Assembly: GCA_964640155.1 (NCBI GenBank)
Contig: CAZXEQ010000001.1
Coordinates: forward strand, 1 to 32,000
Reading direction: 5' to 3'
DNA: 32,000 bases
Source: an uncultured bacterium
GTDB taxonomy: Bacteria; Auribacterota; JACPWU01
Below are positions 26,601 to 32,000 of this stretch, in pieces. Below the pieces are notes generated by a model, which made no database searches, was not told the origin of the DNA, and saw nothing but the letters and a program-made list of their open reading frames with translations. Position 1 is the stretch's first letter; each line of letters begins with the position of its first letter. The position numbers were made by a program, and so were the translations under genes.

Positions 26601-29600
26601 CGCATCAAATCTTGAGTGTCTCCAAAAGATAATCCTTCTCGCAAAACAGATCCCGCAATGACATCTGCAGAAGAAAATTCCATTTGTCTTCCCTGATCTG
26701 TCGGCCAATGTCGATCTCTCCACGTGTGATACACCCACATTCTATAAGCGTAGGTACGCATCACATCTACTAAAGGCATTCCTTCATCTGTCATTTTCCC
26801 GACAAAGAAACTTACATCTCCAAATTCCGACCAAAGATATCCTTCTAAGCTTAACTGGCGCACATCAGGGTTATAAATTTGTTCCATACTCAATTCTATT
26901 CCAAAAGCTTCCTGAATTTTTATTTTAAGTCTTTCTCTTAGAGCCGTTCGTGCTGCATTTTCACCTTCGCCAGGCAAAAGACGTTCTACATCAGGATTAA
27001 GAATAGGGCGACCAATAAGCTCGCTCCCAAATGTTACTCCCCTTCCGTACCTAGGAACATATCTTAAAGCTTGGAGCATACGCGTAATTTCATCCAAATG
27101 ATTCGCCATCTGACGATCTGCATTTGACCAATCTTCGGGATGATCCCATCTTATTTGCCCCACCACCGATTCAACACGTTGAATAAGTGTTTGAGCTTGT
27201 GCAGTTCCCAGCACTTGAGAAATGAAATAAAGCGAAGCTACTCTTGAACGATTCTGAAAGAAAGTGTGAATCTCAGATGCACGATCTCCCCGATCAATCA
27301 TGTGCTGAATTTCATCAAGATCTCCTTGATCCAGCATAAAGCCTGTGACAGGATCTTTCCCAAGCCCAGGCCAAAGATGATTTAAAGCAGGGACACGGTC
27401 TTGACGGGGCAAAGAGAAAATCCGAACAAGCTGCGTATCCAGTGTATCTCTGTTCGCATTTTCTCCCATGATACTTGTTCTCATCTCCCGAGCTCTTTCC
27501 CTTTGCTGCCGATCTAAGCGTAATCTATATTCTCTTTTCACTTGAGCTCGATGTTCAAACCAATCTTGCCCATGTCTTCTTGCATACACATCATCCAAAA
27601 AAAGTCGTGTATTTCTAACAACTGAAGACCCCCTAGAAACAGAAGGATCTAAAACATCTCTCAAAGAAATATCTGAATGTCCTTGTTGAGTCACACGTTC
27701 TTGATAGATAGGATCTGCAAAAATCAAAGCTACAAAACTTGACACATCTGTATCTCTTTTAACGACCAGTTTCATTTGATAAAGAATCTCTGCTTCAATT
27801 TCCCAAGCATTCAATCCTTGCTGCCGAAGACCTGTTGTTAATGAATTTCTTAAGTCTTTTTCCATTCTAACAAGTCGGACAATTTCAGCAGGCGTAGGGA
27901 AATGGCCATCAGTGATTTTCACTTGAATAAAGTATCGCCGAAGTTGAACTGAAGTAATGGGAACCCCTTCTATCTGGTTTTGAATTAAATTTCCTTCTGA
28001 ATCTATATAACGTCTCCATTCAGGGCTTTTCACCCAAACTTCACGAAGCTCAGAGAAAAAATAAGCCCTCATAATACCAACAGCATTCCCGGGAGTTCTT
28101 TCTAATTTGTTATAGGCATACATCATTTCGTTAAAATAAGTCAGCGTATAGCCCATATGAGTTTGAAGATTAGTTTGAACGTCTCGTATCCAATCAAAAA
28201 AGCGATCTACATCAGTCTCATCCCAATTTCTATCTTCCACCGCTTTTTCAAATTCAGAAAGCTCTGTAGGAGTGAGGGAAGCCCATTGAGCATTTTCAAG
28301 ACCTTGAATCTCACGGTTAAGTCTTGCGATTGAATCAGCATTCCCCTGAGCAGCCTGTATTTGTTGTCTCAAATCTGAAATTCTGTGATTTCGCCAATCA
28401 TGAAAAGCTTGAATGCTCTCTCTTTGTTTCATTAAAATATAGGCACGCATTCTAAAATTTTCACCCATTTGATAGATAGAATCACTGCCTTGTTCTACCC
28501 ACATACGAGCTACTCCCATCTCACCCTCTGGAGGATCTTCAGAAACCCATAAATGGCGTTCTCGTCTGGGAGAGAGTCTGCCCGAAGATAAATCTGTATC
28601 TTGTATATTTGGATCTATATTCCCACAAGCCCAGTGATAGGCTCGATAACTGGCTCTAATATAAGTATCGCTCTTAAAATGTTCATATATTTCCCACGGT
28701 TCTCTACGATTATCCGTAAAAGTTCTTGCAAAGTATTGAATTTCATCATTGGTTAATTGAACATTATGTGCGGCTAACTCTCGAGAAACTAAAAGCTGCC
28801 TAATAATCACCACCATTGCATAACCTTCTGGCCCTCGACTGCCCATCAGATCAATAATGGCTCGAGCCGCACTTTCATTTCCAACAATCACATTTACAGC
28901 TCTTGCATCTCTTCTTAAAATGGCTTCGAGTAATATTCGAGTTCTTACGTGAGGACCCTCACTTGGATGTACACCCCGAGCAACGTCTGCCCTAGCACGG
29001 ACTACATCTTCTGAATGAGCTGCATCAATCAAGTTTTCAATCCCTTGAAAATCAACTCTATTCATTAAAGTTACCAGCTTTTCAAGGACAGTTGTTGCTG
29101 TCACTTGATTTCCCATACCATCTTGATTAACACGTCTTAAAGTTTGTCCATCCAAAATAGTACCTAGCACTTGATTGAGATGATCTCTATCAGATACAGC
29201 TAATGCATTAGTAGCATCTTGTATTGTTTGACTCATTCCCCTTAAAAGTCTATCTCTTGACTCATGAGAAGAACGCATGACTCTGGAAATATTTGTTAAA
29301 AATCGCTTCATATAAGAATCTCCTTGCGGAGTATCTTCTATAGAACAACCATCCTTATACATTTGTTCCAAAAAGGCTCGCGTAGCCCCTTCTGTTGCCA
29401 TACTCTCCCAAAAGAGCTGTTCCCTAGGATCTTCTGCTTCCGACTGAAGTCTTCGAACAATATCTAAATAAATATTCCAGTGCCTAAAACTTTGAAGTAA
29501 TCCTCTTTCTCCTCTAACACCTGATCCCTCTTTCCAGAAATCTTCTATTCTTGAGAGAAGAGTAAATCGTATATCTTTGATCTCTCTGGCTGTAAGAGTT

Positions 29601-32000
29601 TCTCTAGGCTCATGCTTAAATTCTATAATTTGTTCAATAACAGCTTCAGACCCTGAAATTCGTCGCCCCATTTGACGTATTTCCTCATCTGATTTATCCT
29701 GAAAAACAATATATCGAACCATATTAGCTGCGGTTGCCCTATCGCCTTTACTTATCAAAAATTGAATAAAATTAATAATAACCGTATCATCCGTTAAAGC
29801 ACGTCTAGCCGTTTCCAAAAAATCTGTCATTTCGACATCGGGCATATTGTGAACAATCTGACGATCAGCAAAATAAAAAAGAGTTCCCATTTCCTCTTGA
29901 TTATTGTCATCGATACTGCCAGATACTGAAATACCCATTGCTCTCATAAAGCCACTCATTGCATCATTTCTATGAAGTGCTTGCATTTTTTCAAAAACTG
30001 CTCTGAACTGTTCTGGACGTGCATCAACCGATTCTGCTAGACGAACCCAAGAAGATAAAGCGCCTATATCCCGCGAAGAATCCAAATCTAAATGACCATA
30101 CAGGACTTCCACAGCACTTCGAAAACGTTCAAGTTTATCTAACCAGGCACTTAGCTTTCTGGCTAAATCTTCAGGAGTATCATTGGCATCTTTTAAATAA
30201 TTCAAAGCAAAGTTTGCCCAAGCCACATCCCGAGCCATCGAAACACTTTCTCTTGAGAGCTGCATAACAGCATTTGCCTGAGCAATATTTCCCAATGCTC
30301 TCCAATAAGCAAGACGAGCCGTATCTCTTACTCTTATCTGCCCATGATAAAAACGATTTACGCGTGAATGAATAGCGCTTACCACCTCTCCTAAAGTCTC
30401 GATTGAAACCCCCTGAGGGCGAGATCGTACATACGTATCCCAAACCGTCAAGTACCCCTGAGAAGCATAATTCTCATTAAATTGACGTGATGCTCCTGTC
30501 ACTTGACTATAAAAACCAGCCAAAGGACCTCTCATCGCATTTCGACCTTGACTTCTCTCCCCATCTGAAACCTTTTGAAATTCTGCATTAAAAACTCTTT
30601 GTCTAAAAAGTCTGTCATGATAAGCCAATCTTCTTAAATCTCTTATCGTTGGATCAACGTTTGCAGCTTCCGCAGGTTGTAAAACGGGAGAAAGCATCGC
30701 CCCTTGAGGAAAACCTTCTGTCACAGAACGTCTATGAGCAACATTTGAAATTCCCCTAAAAAGAAGGGAATCATGTTCAATGTGCTCTCGTAAAGCAGCA
30801 TCTGCCATAGGATGCTGCATTAAAAAAAGAGCATAATAACTAGCAAGACCTAAAAACTTTAAATTAACTCCCGCCCCAATATCACGATTAGAAAAAAGAT
30901 CTAGAGTTTCCATAGGAATTAAGGCTTCAAAAGAATTGGCCAAAAAATCTGGAAGAGGACTCCCTGATAACGCCCCACTTCTTAAAAGAGGAATGACCCG
31001 ATGAATATTTGAAAAATAGGTTTGCATATCAGACGCAGACATATTCCTAGACCGAGCATAGCGATCAAAAACAAGAGTCCAATCATTTAAATTCATGACT
31101 CTGCCATCACCCACAGCAGCTCCTAAACTATTCAAAACCCCAGAAACCGCACCTCCTGAAACTAAAGATGGAGAACCTCTCATATGTCGAACATGAGGTC
31201 TTAAGCTAAAATCCCTTAAAAGACTTAACAAAGATCTTACTTCTGTGCGTGTCGCAGCTTGTCGACGTGCATAATCACGCTCTAGTTCTGCCAATCTTCT
31301 TTCTCGAATTCTTGAATCATCTTCTCTTCTTGCTTCTCGTTCATGCCATTCATCTTCAATAGCGCGTTCTCTGGCCGCTTCTCTAGATCTCCATCGTTCA
31401 ACAGACAAAGCACGATCCGAACGTCGTCGCTCAGCATCTTGTCGTGCTAATTCATTATGTTGTTCAACATTCCAAAAGGGAAAAGCATGACCATCCCATC
31501 CCGTACCAGATCTTGCTGTCAAATCGACTCTTTCATAATCCTCCTCAGGAACAACAACCGCTTGAGGAAGCTGAAGACGTGATTGACTGAGAGCCTCTAA
31601 AATTTGTCGTCCTCTTTCTAAAGTAGTTTGTCCCGATCTTAGATGAAGGTGAGGATTTGGACGAGGGGCAGGAATTTCAACATGTTGATCTCGTCGAACT
31701 TGTGCCCTTAAAACAGGATCTAATGCTTGACCCAATTCAGCCATTGTATGAATTGGATTTCTCCGATTTGGAAGATGAGTCTGTACTTGCGCTCTAAAAG
31801 CCGGGTCGGAAAGCGTATGATCTACATAATCTCCAGGATTTGCTCCTAAAGCTTGAGCTAAAGCGAGCAAACCCATCGCATCATTCAATGCAACTGTTCT
31901 TCCAACAACTTCACTTCTTTCTAAATTGACTGCATCTACCCAGCCCAAATTAGTATGATAAGCAGGCAGCTGCGCTTGAGTTGCCCCATGATCCGCTGTG
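14606..32000 (-). CDS. Giant polytopic membrane protein, 5'-partial (5,797 codons inside the window); helical Arg-rich N-terminal part, four hydrophobic helix clusters, Lys-rich middle region, C-terminal HExxH region
   Basis: ORF track lists 14606..31948 (5,780 aa), with the TAA stop at 14606-14608. The TTG at 31948 is only the first start-like codon inside the window. Read codon by codon, the same frame is open from 31949 to 31999 (TADHGATQAQLPAYHTN-L-GWVDAVN...), so the real start lies beyond the right edge. The other ORFs listed in this span are short, in other frames or antisense. Confidence 0.9.
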   Translation of the reverse strand, partial: TADHGATQAQLPAYHTNLGWVDAVNLERSEVVGRTVALNDAMGLLALAQALGANPGDYVDHTLSDPAFRAQVQTHLPNRRNPIHTMAELGQALDPVLRAQVRRDQHVEIPAPRPNPHLHLRSGQTTLERGRQILEALSQSRLQLPQAVVVPEEDYERVDLTARSGTGWDGHAFPFWNVEQHNELARQDAERRRSDRALSVERWRSREAARERAIEDEWHEREARREDDSRIRERRLAELERDYARRQAATRTEVRSLLSLLRDFSLRPHVRHMRGSPSLVSGGAVSGVLNSLGAAVGDGRVMNLNDWTLVFDRYARSRNMSASDMQTYFSNIHRVIPLLRSGALSGSPLPDFLANSFEALIPMETLDLFSNRDIGAGVNLKFLGLASYYALFLMQHPMADAALREHIEHDSLLFRGISNVAHRRSVTEGFPQGAMLSPVLQPAEAANVDPTIRDLRRLAYHDRLFRQRVFNAEFQKVSDGERSQGRNAMRGPLAGFYSQVTGASRQFNENYASQGYLTVWDTYVRSRPQGVSIETLGEVVSAIHSRVNRFYHGQIRVRDTARLAYWRALGNIAQANAVMQLSRESVSMARDVAWANFALNYLKDANDTPEDLARKLSAWLDKLERFRSAVEVLYGHLDLDSSRDIGALSSWVRLAESVDARPEQFRAVFEKMQALHRNDAMSGFMRAMGISVSGSIDDNNQEEMGTLFYFADRQIVHNMPDVEMTDFLETARRALTDDTVIINFIQFLISKGDRATAANMVRYIVFQDKSDEEIRQMGRRISGSEAVIEQIIEFKHEPRETLTAREIKDIRFTLLSRIEDFWKEGSGVRGERGLLQSFRHWNIYLDIVRRLQSEAEDPREQLFWESMATEGATRAFLEQMYKDGCSIEDTPQGDSYMKRFLTNISRVMRSSHESRDRLLRGMSQTIQDATNALAVSDRDHLNQVLGTILDGQTLRRVNQDGMGNQVTATTVLEKLVTLMNRVDFQGIENLIDAAHSEDVVRARADVARGVHPSEGPHVRTRILLEAILRRDARAVNVIVGNESAARAIIDLMGSRGPEGYAMVVIIRQLLVSRELAAHNVQLTNDEIQYFARTFTDNRREPWEIYEHFKSDTYIRASYRAYHWACGNIDPNIQDTDLSSGRLSPRRERHLWVSEDPPEGEMGVARMWVEQGSDSIYQMGENFRMRAYILMKQRESIQAFHDWRNHRISDLRQQIQAAQGNADSIARLNREIQGLENAQWASLTPTELSEFEKAVEDRNWDETDVDRFFDWIRDVQTNLQTHMGYTLTYFNEMMYAYNKLERTPGNAVGIMRAYFFSELREVWVKSPEWRRYIDSEGNLIQNQIEGVPITSVQLRRYFIQVKITDGHFPTPAEIVRLVRMEKDLRNSLTTGLRQQGLNAWEIEAEILYQMKLVVKRDTDVSSFVALIFADPIYQERVTQQGHSDISLRDVLDPSVSRGSSVVRNTRLFLDDVYARRHGQDWFEHRAQVKREYRLRLDRQQRERAREMRTSIMGENANRDTLDTQLVRIFSLPRQDRVPALNHLWPGLGKDPVTGFMLDQGDLDEIQHMIDRGDRASEIHTFFQNRSRVASLYFISQVLGTAQAQTLIQRVESVVGQIRWDHPEDWSNADRQMANHLDEITRMLQALRYVPRYGRGVTFGSELIGRPILNPDVERLLPGEGENAARTALRERLKIKIQEAFGIELSMEQIYNPDVRQLSLEGYLWSEFGDVSFFVGKMTDEGMPLVDVMRTYAYRMWVYHTWRDRHWPTDQGRQMEFSSADVIAGSVLREGLSFGDTQDLMRLVDLLVQEETRLGIVVDMRRNLFMADRLLDLGMIAEPYTPPQHADIVQTLGTISDIIRNKLSESTFRGITLAGNSILTATQQIEALANAVRTSASFDEERNEEREILQSFGSSLTVTQGSMSDERKETLARALALRVIEIRSDGTHLQEEIEDAVRSELITQEVVAERPTRDQVRTITDLIHAQVEQAAMNATTPAQMRQAFTQGIRPNTFAFMHLGDDSAKINHWVDFMMYQALRDPRLIELAVDVELEKLNLNFASGQKEVFIRFLRERANPSHRENLVVQMRIQVQRLGLARNGQAVPNVETELAQFLASQVIQTRARQRSLESSVQSDAQVERLSGMTRLTEYQVRLISDLIQGQAFRPGIKLTQIKEAFRGKITTDPQFSFLDLGQNASKIDHWVNFMAREAARLNVRLGVEMELERSGLNLGITSEQMDRLIDIITRHMVRQNVTLASLHRAIDQILFIKNGLGGGREAFDRISREFKNVTNEELTDQVLMYFVFKGWEQDLLADIDHHGQYDRASDNRLESLGFDVLARMERRLLIQRVNDAIETYFRKMHERQASERFEKAYVFSKATIKKIWLGLGLSSLITGALSGLSSFAKNSKVKLLARFVFGLFKVAIQLLLVYGGLQLFDLLVAPGTFVSVFKFLSVRFDILPPSVSGSGLQMVLYAVKTLLSGIGSGILPLIGIFAFVILIYVGVRWGFAHYDKERLKGKAYTIGPVARVLNLFLPSFIVAPLHWVITRAIARRDLFARIVFPPAIPPLVLFLLTKILGVSMGATLGLGVVALAHLVTFAIIMAMVLYFAGGYQRFIFDVIKYGFFFVKRSIRESSAKLTPDKFSGLEKSGNDIFEDLKKAGYLDKKGHLSKKFQQSVESHADLDLTGYTAQGKETVYKILKSFQAEIKKEGEKDFLWSELRIDLYFLVHRSFMFFFAILYGVMVSFLIASSPLLTALMTGAATILFWSIAYVSLVWLDIVMKRDGPPLHPWLEKHRRVPMKYNSMVYLPYLPNSVKVSNEAVHSLFEDFWNNVSKVQIVCRVDGDQKKFDMICPDGTKKEDVSLFSINRRLRTRILALQDGENLEIPDPRDHQKLVIFNQSPDNNVVGSELALIEEFMDKVGDDRVIWEHRNRKNAEVPEDKVRFGKKWGSMYDDFLLMQLKHEHPTCYTADVLDKREKLEGVTFDVHGRKCELLKFDPLNRYGLRERRVLKVNGKVINDDVHFENHWYLYKDGEKTPSYEILEGELYPVNLQDGRVTRGDKIASTLDFEFKNGKLIDFNTGEPLKVLKDLDKDASFVMGQEDTIDRLTFKDENGNDYKLYIDFEGNTRFLEDHAFLTNGKKGAIFSRKGAHSLGFIYDLYKIEGEGERRNVTRVKEKVRILDQTFQAHEKEGKLSYKVVSVNEYKETENGRHLAEGDFISPSGDVVKYMEVPIIKGKYECEEWKEGGKIIIDTLAPREFILEIEKDDAGNLKNPPGFFVVYLDKEDETNKNNRRKIGPFRVATRDDLKKISKPVKDAGEGKCVLIDEKGTLIFKEDKKTAGKWNVSSGKGFFLVEEIVLTKDNFESMGLDDQDIKELLIDLTKSGYLENGIVQKSFKVLKKPADIKFNDSKFNTREFEEHKDEIFRILQWASQGKLVSDGNTYVRGEFDGADLRRQDPLIQMIKVEQDALQKAATHFKAEWGKLLTEKAFADEIKEVSNIQEALRNIWSKHLYNHISAQELEEVLDAVLEIKDFSSLSPNDQRDHFLSMFAKIRIQRIGQQGDYGASYHLHRGKTGDETHYFINIKPEEMAAWEDKEFPGRVVVKKKVGDTVQHGFLVNEKDGFHVFTQTELAEAQARGDIFDNVEVGGLAYRTVIQKDGQWVQKWIRVAAKNDFGALKSKEDESTRLITRDAKRVKKTDLAYLDLKGMNLDSLWQALIDAKYINVKGELTEKFKGLNKASELDLNGVKDSKLKRDLFEILHRSQDILMGKEGQPGSGLFYLYDSDGNKIVDLLDEQVEPDRCVQFAHQMDGGDTYLPGTHVYLSSVMAAEQELGNNFTLFVPTIVNLNKGENTFATGQQTAGERLFSTVEIVARIFKRNGKPLFTSFGKGSWSIHRAINNIIIKTFTRANQLSHDHTEGVGGKATLIINSWQYLGRYAEDAPASFLFMLARIVRWRFGDFLIQEIVNPLWKVSKNLAEGVWKPGGVKKAAEAIIKEEHEPRIGHLVTWFNLQGIVNDPLFLLWTGASAISAVTPGTRELSRAVLSNWLYTVVFLMLLGVTYVIRPIAIRIWKEPSRTRKEFWWKGIRNTVTFLGSIGAGLAVGSLFIGKWGIVMKSAIAFAGASVKLLPILGPKIAHLLIILNGLVFGSGSTFLLVSPWAFLIASVPYIIPIILFLSFTKLGRDILQIIKSGIGLVFWSTLTLLLNLWVLSIMIIQVAELYFNKGVLVWTPGPEVNNFFGEIVVSKINIFKMFMKTVIPALIIIGLTVAGIIPFSLFAMAYPVILSWLIGPLAVWWTTYQGRSREFHKPLILPEERLAENIFNYKEATLSEEDEEVKVNASSTNGSVSEQIKTIEGFKTRVKKVAKQFDLDERDTLRLYLDKPYLLARQEIKEVLRVLAFEEIQPSHLTQLTERLNTLRDKWEKATPGAKIPRLKEEDVKKLLGQFEGITFEEEHLRAWVRSLCKMYGFSPWFQDRLVEWTWMQLETQRKQLIPEFFTWRHYAELKYKFAWWWNGTRYKKSKEQRQKLEDLAERVMYRDTHTRFWKDPLATTFSLSDRWKLRFKIAKRFFSSLGDPAASYYKVFDKDKKSPRRMFFKEYLERNILGENKENLWANWKIVKEGAWIVSLVMFLYGWAASFGIKGALVYAGASILTPLKYMGVLYVAYHVWNFCFKRSDEFWENLENERRQEILKDLGFVAKDIQFLKDLGIDIPEATPPVKQPGVVPPVAPSIPGGGGVSSEAKSGVKAEKPAEKTAEEKLKERVVTLINNAERRIFDRSDNPIKSADEEKVGRALSRLDVAQAHLETALEAIPEGKDVLAVFADVQHEGEQMKLVDRAWAESARAIIQARFGVIKDLRSRWEARLAKVKPASEPEAPAEPKAPLGDVSISGVGASVETVTGADLGGAKTETQTEATPRSSPTPEDAQEALFKKNVVEPVDAAQKILLYLVKPEDASEDDITESFGSLAKAEELFTGARDALRDIFSDWSGQTRVQDLQRAIREGLEEIQNRRELFRKRLKELSPEPESPEPVPTPQALSAERPAPATPVVRDAAINITDKPLPEEPAAPERRDSPPPEPEAAEPADLTSADLEDDDEPASEAATPADMSSAAETPIRSLDAISGDIEVLRARVEQLSESESVEAILPALRAEYDKLEAELNRLGEKGKDTYNDDLKPLGEIISIYEAEYSALFLTFSETNFEWPQRIEEVVFDRVTLNRSKTAWNAVPDNRGRAHYALLIEQALKNVQERVKGTSLESYWNDVISRAENQNVVIKVSNNIPVNSLRTVEKGQTVIYLQEAFVRQLLEDDSTYHDVVIHLLGERLFHELGHTNKADSFDDKKEEEVTQIKRDVEYQKEVVLINAALKTKIDAYFSDHITGKHPRFASGTYFVWIQFLATDSEEISKGRPTISEYVGELYPSNVRGVAKERVRLANFKRFRRYILGLRLAQAQRQNQTQKLVSSIVKAVPEFLQEITENEIADLLQTSIAHFLNRDELGLEDNRTLADLIQKTIKSLQSDEMTLNDLREKVRKIVEVRAAEEKRRKRARSEEYHHNEEATLAMEQGVLGGLLQMASFMRGKSFSSEDLAQIIFGVDETVDGLMGNMPLVELISYFDEVHPARELQTSGLVSIDPYFEAIKNLKSGRTQDGLTILEGMNQDAKISKPLHQLVRKTISRIILLQKNGKIQVAGKTLKLSSDVAEIVKDLRQISHCFYIDFVGAGNISVQYFEVALEMILTRSIADLEKGVDIARLEDGSVVKVVKEGDVLRLGIYRKSSLNLVSDRSDMDGEIRREAWIGTAA
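16016..16030 (-). other. HExxH motif (HELGH, ORF B track residues 5307-5311)
   Basis: cat gaa ttg ggc cat is the reverse complement of atggcccaattcatg. The context is TVIYLQEAFVRQLLEDDSTYHDVVIHLLGERLFHELGHTNKADSFDDKKEEEVTQIKRDVEY, with an acidic run 8-14 aa downstream. Confidence 0.5.
16660..16940 (-). repeat. Pro/Glu/Ala/Asp-rich low-complexity linker in ORF B
   Basis: SPEPESPEPVPTPQALSAERPAPATPVVRDAAINITDKPLPEEPAAPERRDSPPPEPEAAEPADLTSADLEDDDEPASEAATPADMSSAAETP. Its antisense strand produces the shadow ORF 16497..16901(+). Confidence 0.8.
17228..17410 (-). repeat. Pro/Glu/Ala/Thr-rich low-complexity linker in ORF B
   Basis: KVKPASEPEAPAEPKAPLGDVSISGVGASVETVTGADLGGAKTETQTEATPRSSPTPEDAQ. Confidence 0.8.
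17735..17868 (-). repeat. Pro/Gly/Ala/Lys-rich low-complexity linker in ORF B
   Basis: EATPPVKQPGVVPPVAPSIPGGGGVSSEAKSGVKAEKPAEKTAEEK. Confidence 0.8.
17990..18139 (-). other. ORF B hydrophobic cluster 4 (about aa 4604-4653, 2-3 TM helices)
   Basis: The sequence is AWIVSLVMFLYGWAASFGIKGALVYAGASILTPLKYMGVLYVAYHVWNFCF. Confidence 0.6.
19119..19950 (-). other. ORF B hydrophobic cluster 3 (about aa 4000-4277, roughly 9-10 TM helices)
   Basis: The segments are FLLWTGASAISAV, WLYTVVFLMLLGVTYVI, VTFLGSIGAGLAVGSLFIG, IVMKSAIAFAGASVKLLPILG, IAHLLIILNGLVFGSGSTFLLV, PWAFLIASVPYIIPIILFLSF, GIGLVFWSTLTLLLNLWVLSIMIIQVA and VIPALIIIGLTVAGIIPFSLFAMAYPVILSWLIGPLAVWW. Confidence 0.7.
20714..20881 (-). repeat. 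GY[LI]-KF motif unit 3 (ORF B aa 3690-3745)
   Basis: NLDSLWQALIDAKYINVKGELTEKFKGLNKASELDLNGVKDSKLKRDLFEILHRSQ. Confidence 0.5.
21713..21892 (-). repeat. GY[LI]-KF motif unit 2 (ORF B aa 3353-3412)
   Basis: DIKELLIDLTKSGYLENGIVQKSFKVLKKPADIKFNDSKFNTREFEEHKDEIFRILQWASQ. Confidence 0.5.
23675..23854 (-). other. ORF B hydrophobic cluster 2 (about aa 2699-2758, 2-3 TM helices)
   Basis: The sequence is LRIDLYFLVHRSFMFFFAILYGVMVSFLIASSPLLTALMTGAATILFWSIAYVSLVWLDIVMKRDG. Confidence 0.7.
23894..24058 (-). repeat. GY[LI]-KF motif unit 1 (ORF B aa 2631-2685)
   Basis: DIFEDLKKAGYLDKKGHLSKKFQQSVESHADLDLTGYTAQGKETVYKILKSFQ. It lies in the loop between hydrophobic clusters 1 and 2. Confidence 0.5.
24125..24865 (-). 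other. ORF B hydrophobic cluster 1 (about aa 2362-2608, roughly 7-9 TM helices)
   Basis: The segments are KIWLGLGLSSLITGALSGLSSF, LLARFVFGLFKVAIQLLLVYGGLQLFDLLVA, GLQMVLYAVKTLLSGIGSGILPLIGIFAFVILIYVGV, VARVLNLFLPSFIVAPLHWVI, IVFPPAIPPLVLFLLTKILGV and MGATLGLGVVALAHLVTFAIIMAMVLYFAGG. Confidence 0.7.
25313..26092 (-). repeat. Internal tandem duplication in ORF B (two units of about 173-175 aa, about aa 1953-2039 and 2128-2212 for the conserved cores)
   Basis: Unit 1: TRDQVRTITDLIHAQ..AQMRQAFTQGI..FAFMHLGDDSAKINHWVDFMMYQA..LAVDVELEKLNLNF. Unit 2: TEYQVRLISDLIQGQ..TQIKEAFRGKI..FSFLDLGQNASKIDHWVNFMAREA..LGVEMELERSGLNL. The K-I-[ND]-H-W-V codons lie at 25910-25936 and 25391-25417, an offset of 519 bp. 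Confidence 0.75.

Noticed and set aside
19695-30443. Short minus-strand ORFs inside ORF B (19695..19940, 22225..22416, 24159..24383, 26538..26738, 30180..30443)
   Set aside because: They are alternative frames fully nested in the 5,780-aa ORF, with odd Cys/Arg-rich or low-complexity composition and no independent signals.
31946-31948. TTG at 31948 as the true start of ORF B
   Set aside because: The frame is open for all 17 further codons up to the window edge, and there is no SD-like sequence in the few bases available. The TTG is simply the first start-like codon inside the window.
1-32000. NRPS/PKS megasynthase, RTX toxin, Rhs/YD-repeat toxin or Ig-repeat adhesin as the identity of the giant ORFs
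   Set aside because: I found no adenylation, KS or carrier-protein core motifs, no GGxGxD nonapeptide runs, no YD repeats and no long arrays of Ig units of about 100 aa. The many TM clusters and HExxH modules do not fit those classes. This is based on reading by eye, not on profile searches.

Overview
All of this 32-kb window except a 113-bp spacer (14493-14605) is covered by two head-to-tail giant ORFs on the minus strand. Both are cut by the window edges.

(1) ORF B, 14606..32000(-). The ORF track lists it as 5,780 aa from a TTG at 31948. The frame stays open to the right edge, giving 5,797 codons in the window, so the true start is outside. It has a long Arg-rich helical N-terminal part and a ~173-aa internal tandem duplication. 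It also has four clusters of hydrophobic helices (about 20-25 by eye) and a Lys-rich middle region with a thrice-repeated ~55-aa motif. The C-terminal part has Pro/Glu/Ala-rich linkers followed by an HELGH zincin-type motif.

(2) ORF A, 1..14492(-). It has 4,830 codons and is absent from the supplied ORF track, apparently because it has no stop codon inside the window. I found it by hand translation. It starts at ATG 14492 behind an AAGAGG Shine-Dalgarno and encodes, in order:
- an N-terminal signal or anchor sequence
- a UDPGP-family (UTP-sugar-1-P uridylyltransferase-like) motif set
- two isolated TM helices
- four tandem 194-201-aa repeats
- at least three beta (jelly-roll-like) + HEAIDH zincin-like modules

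Each of these modules is followed by a lipoprotein-signal-peptide look-alike (lipobox Cys) and an Asp/Pro-rich linker. Two of the modules are related by an in-frame 4,158-bp duplication that includes a block of about 545 identical bp.

I recognised no rRNA, tRNA, CRISPR, transposase or phage gene. All plus-strand ORFs in the track look like antisense shadows. GC is roughly 40% by eye. The SD-type RBS argues for a bacterium, but the lineage cannot be determined from the sequence alone.

All translation was done by hand. Motif coordinates are exact to the codon, and domain borders are approximate (about +-30 nt). Domain family calls are motif-level recollections, not searches.
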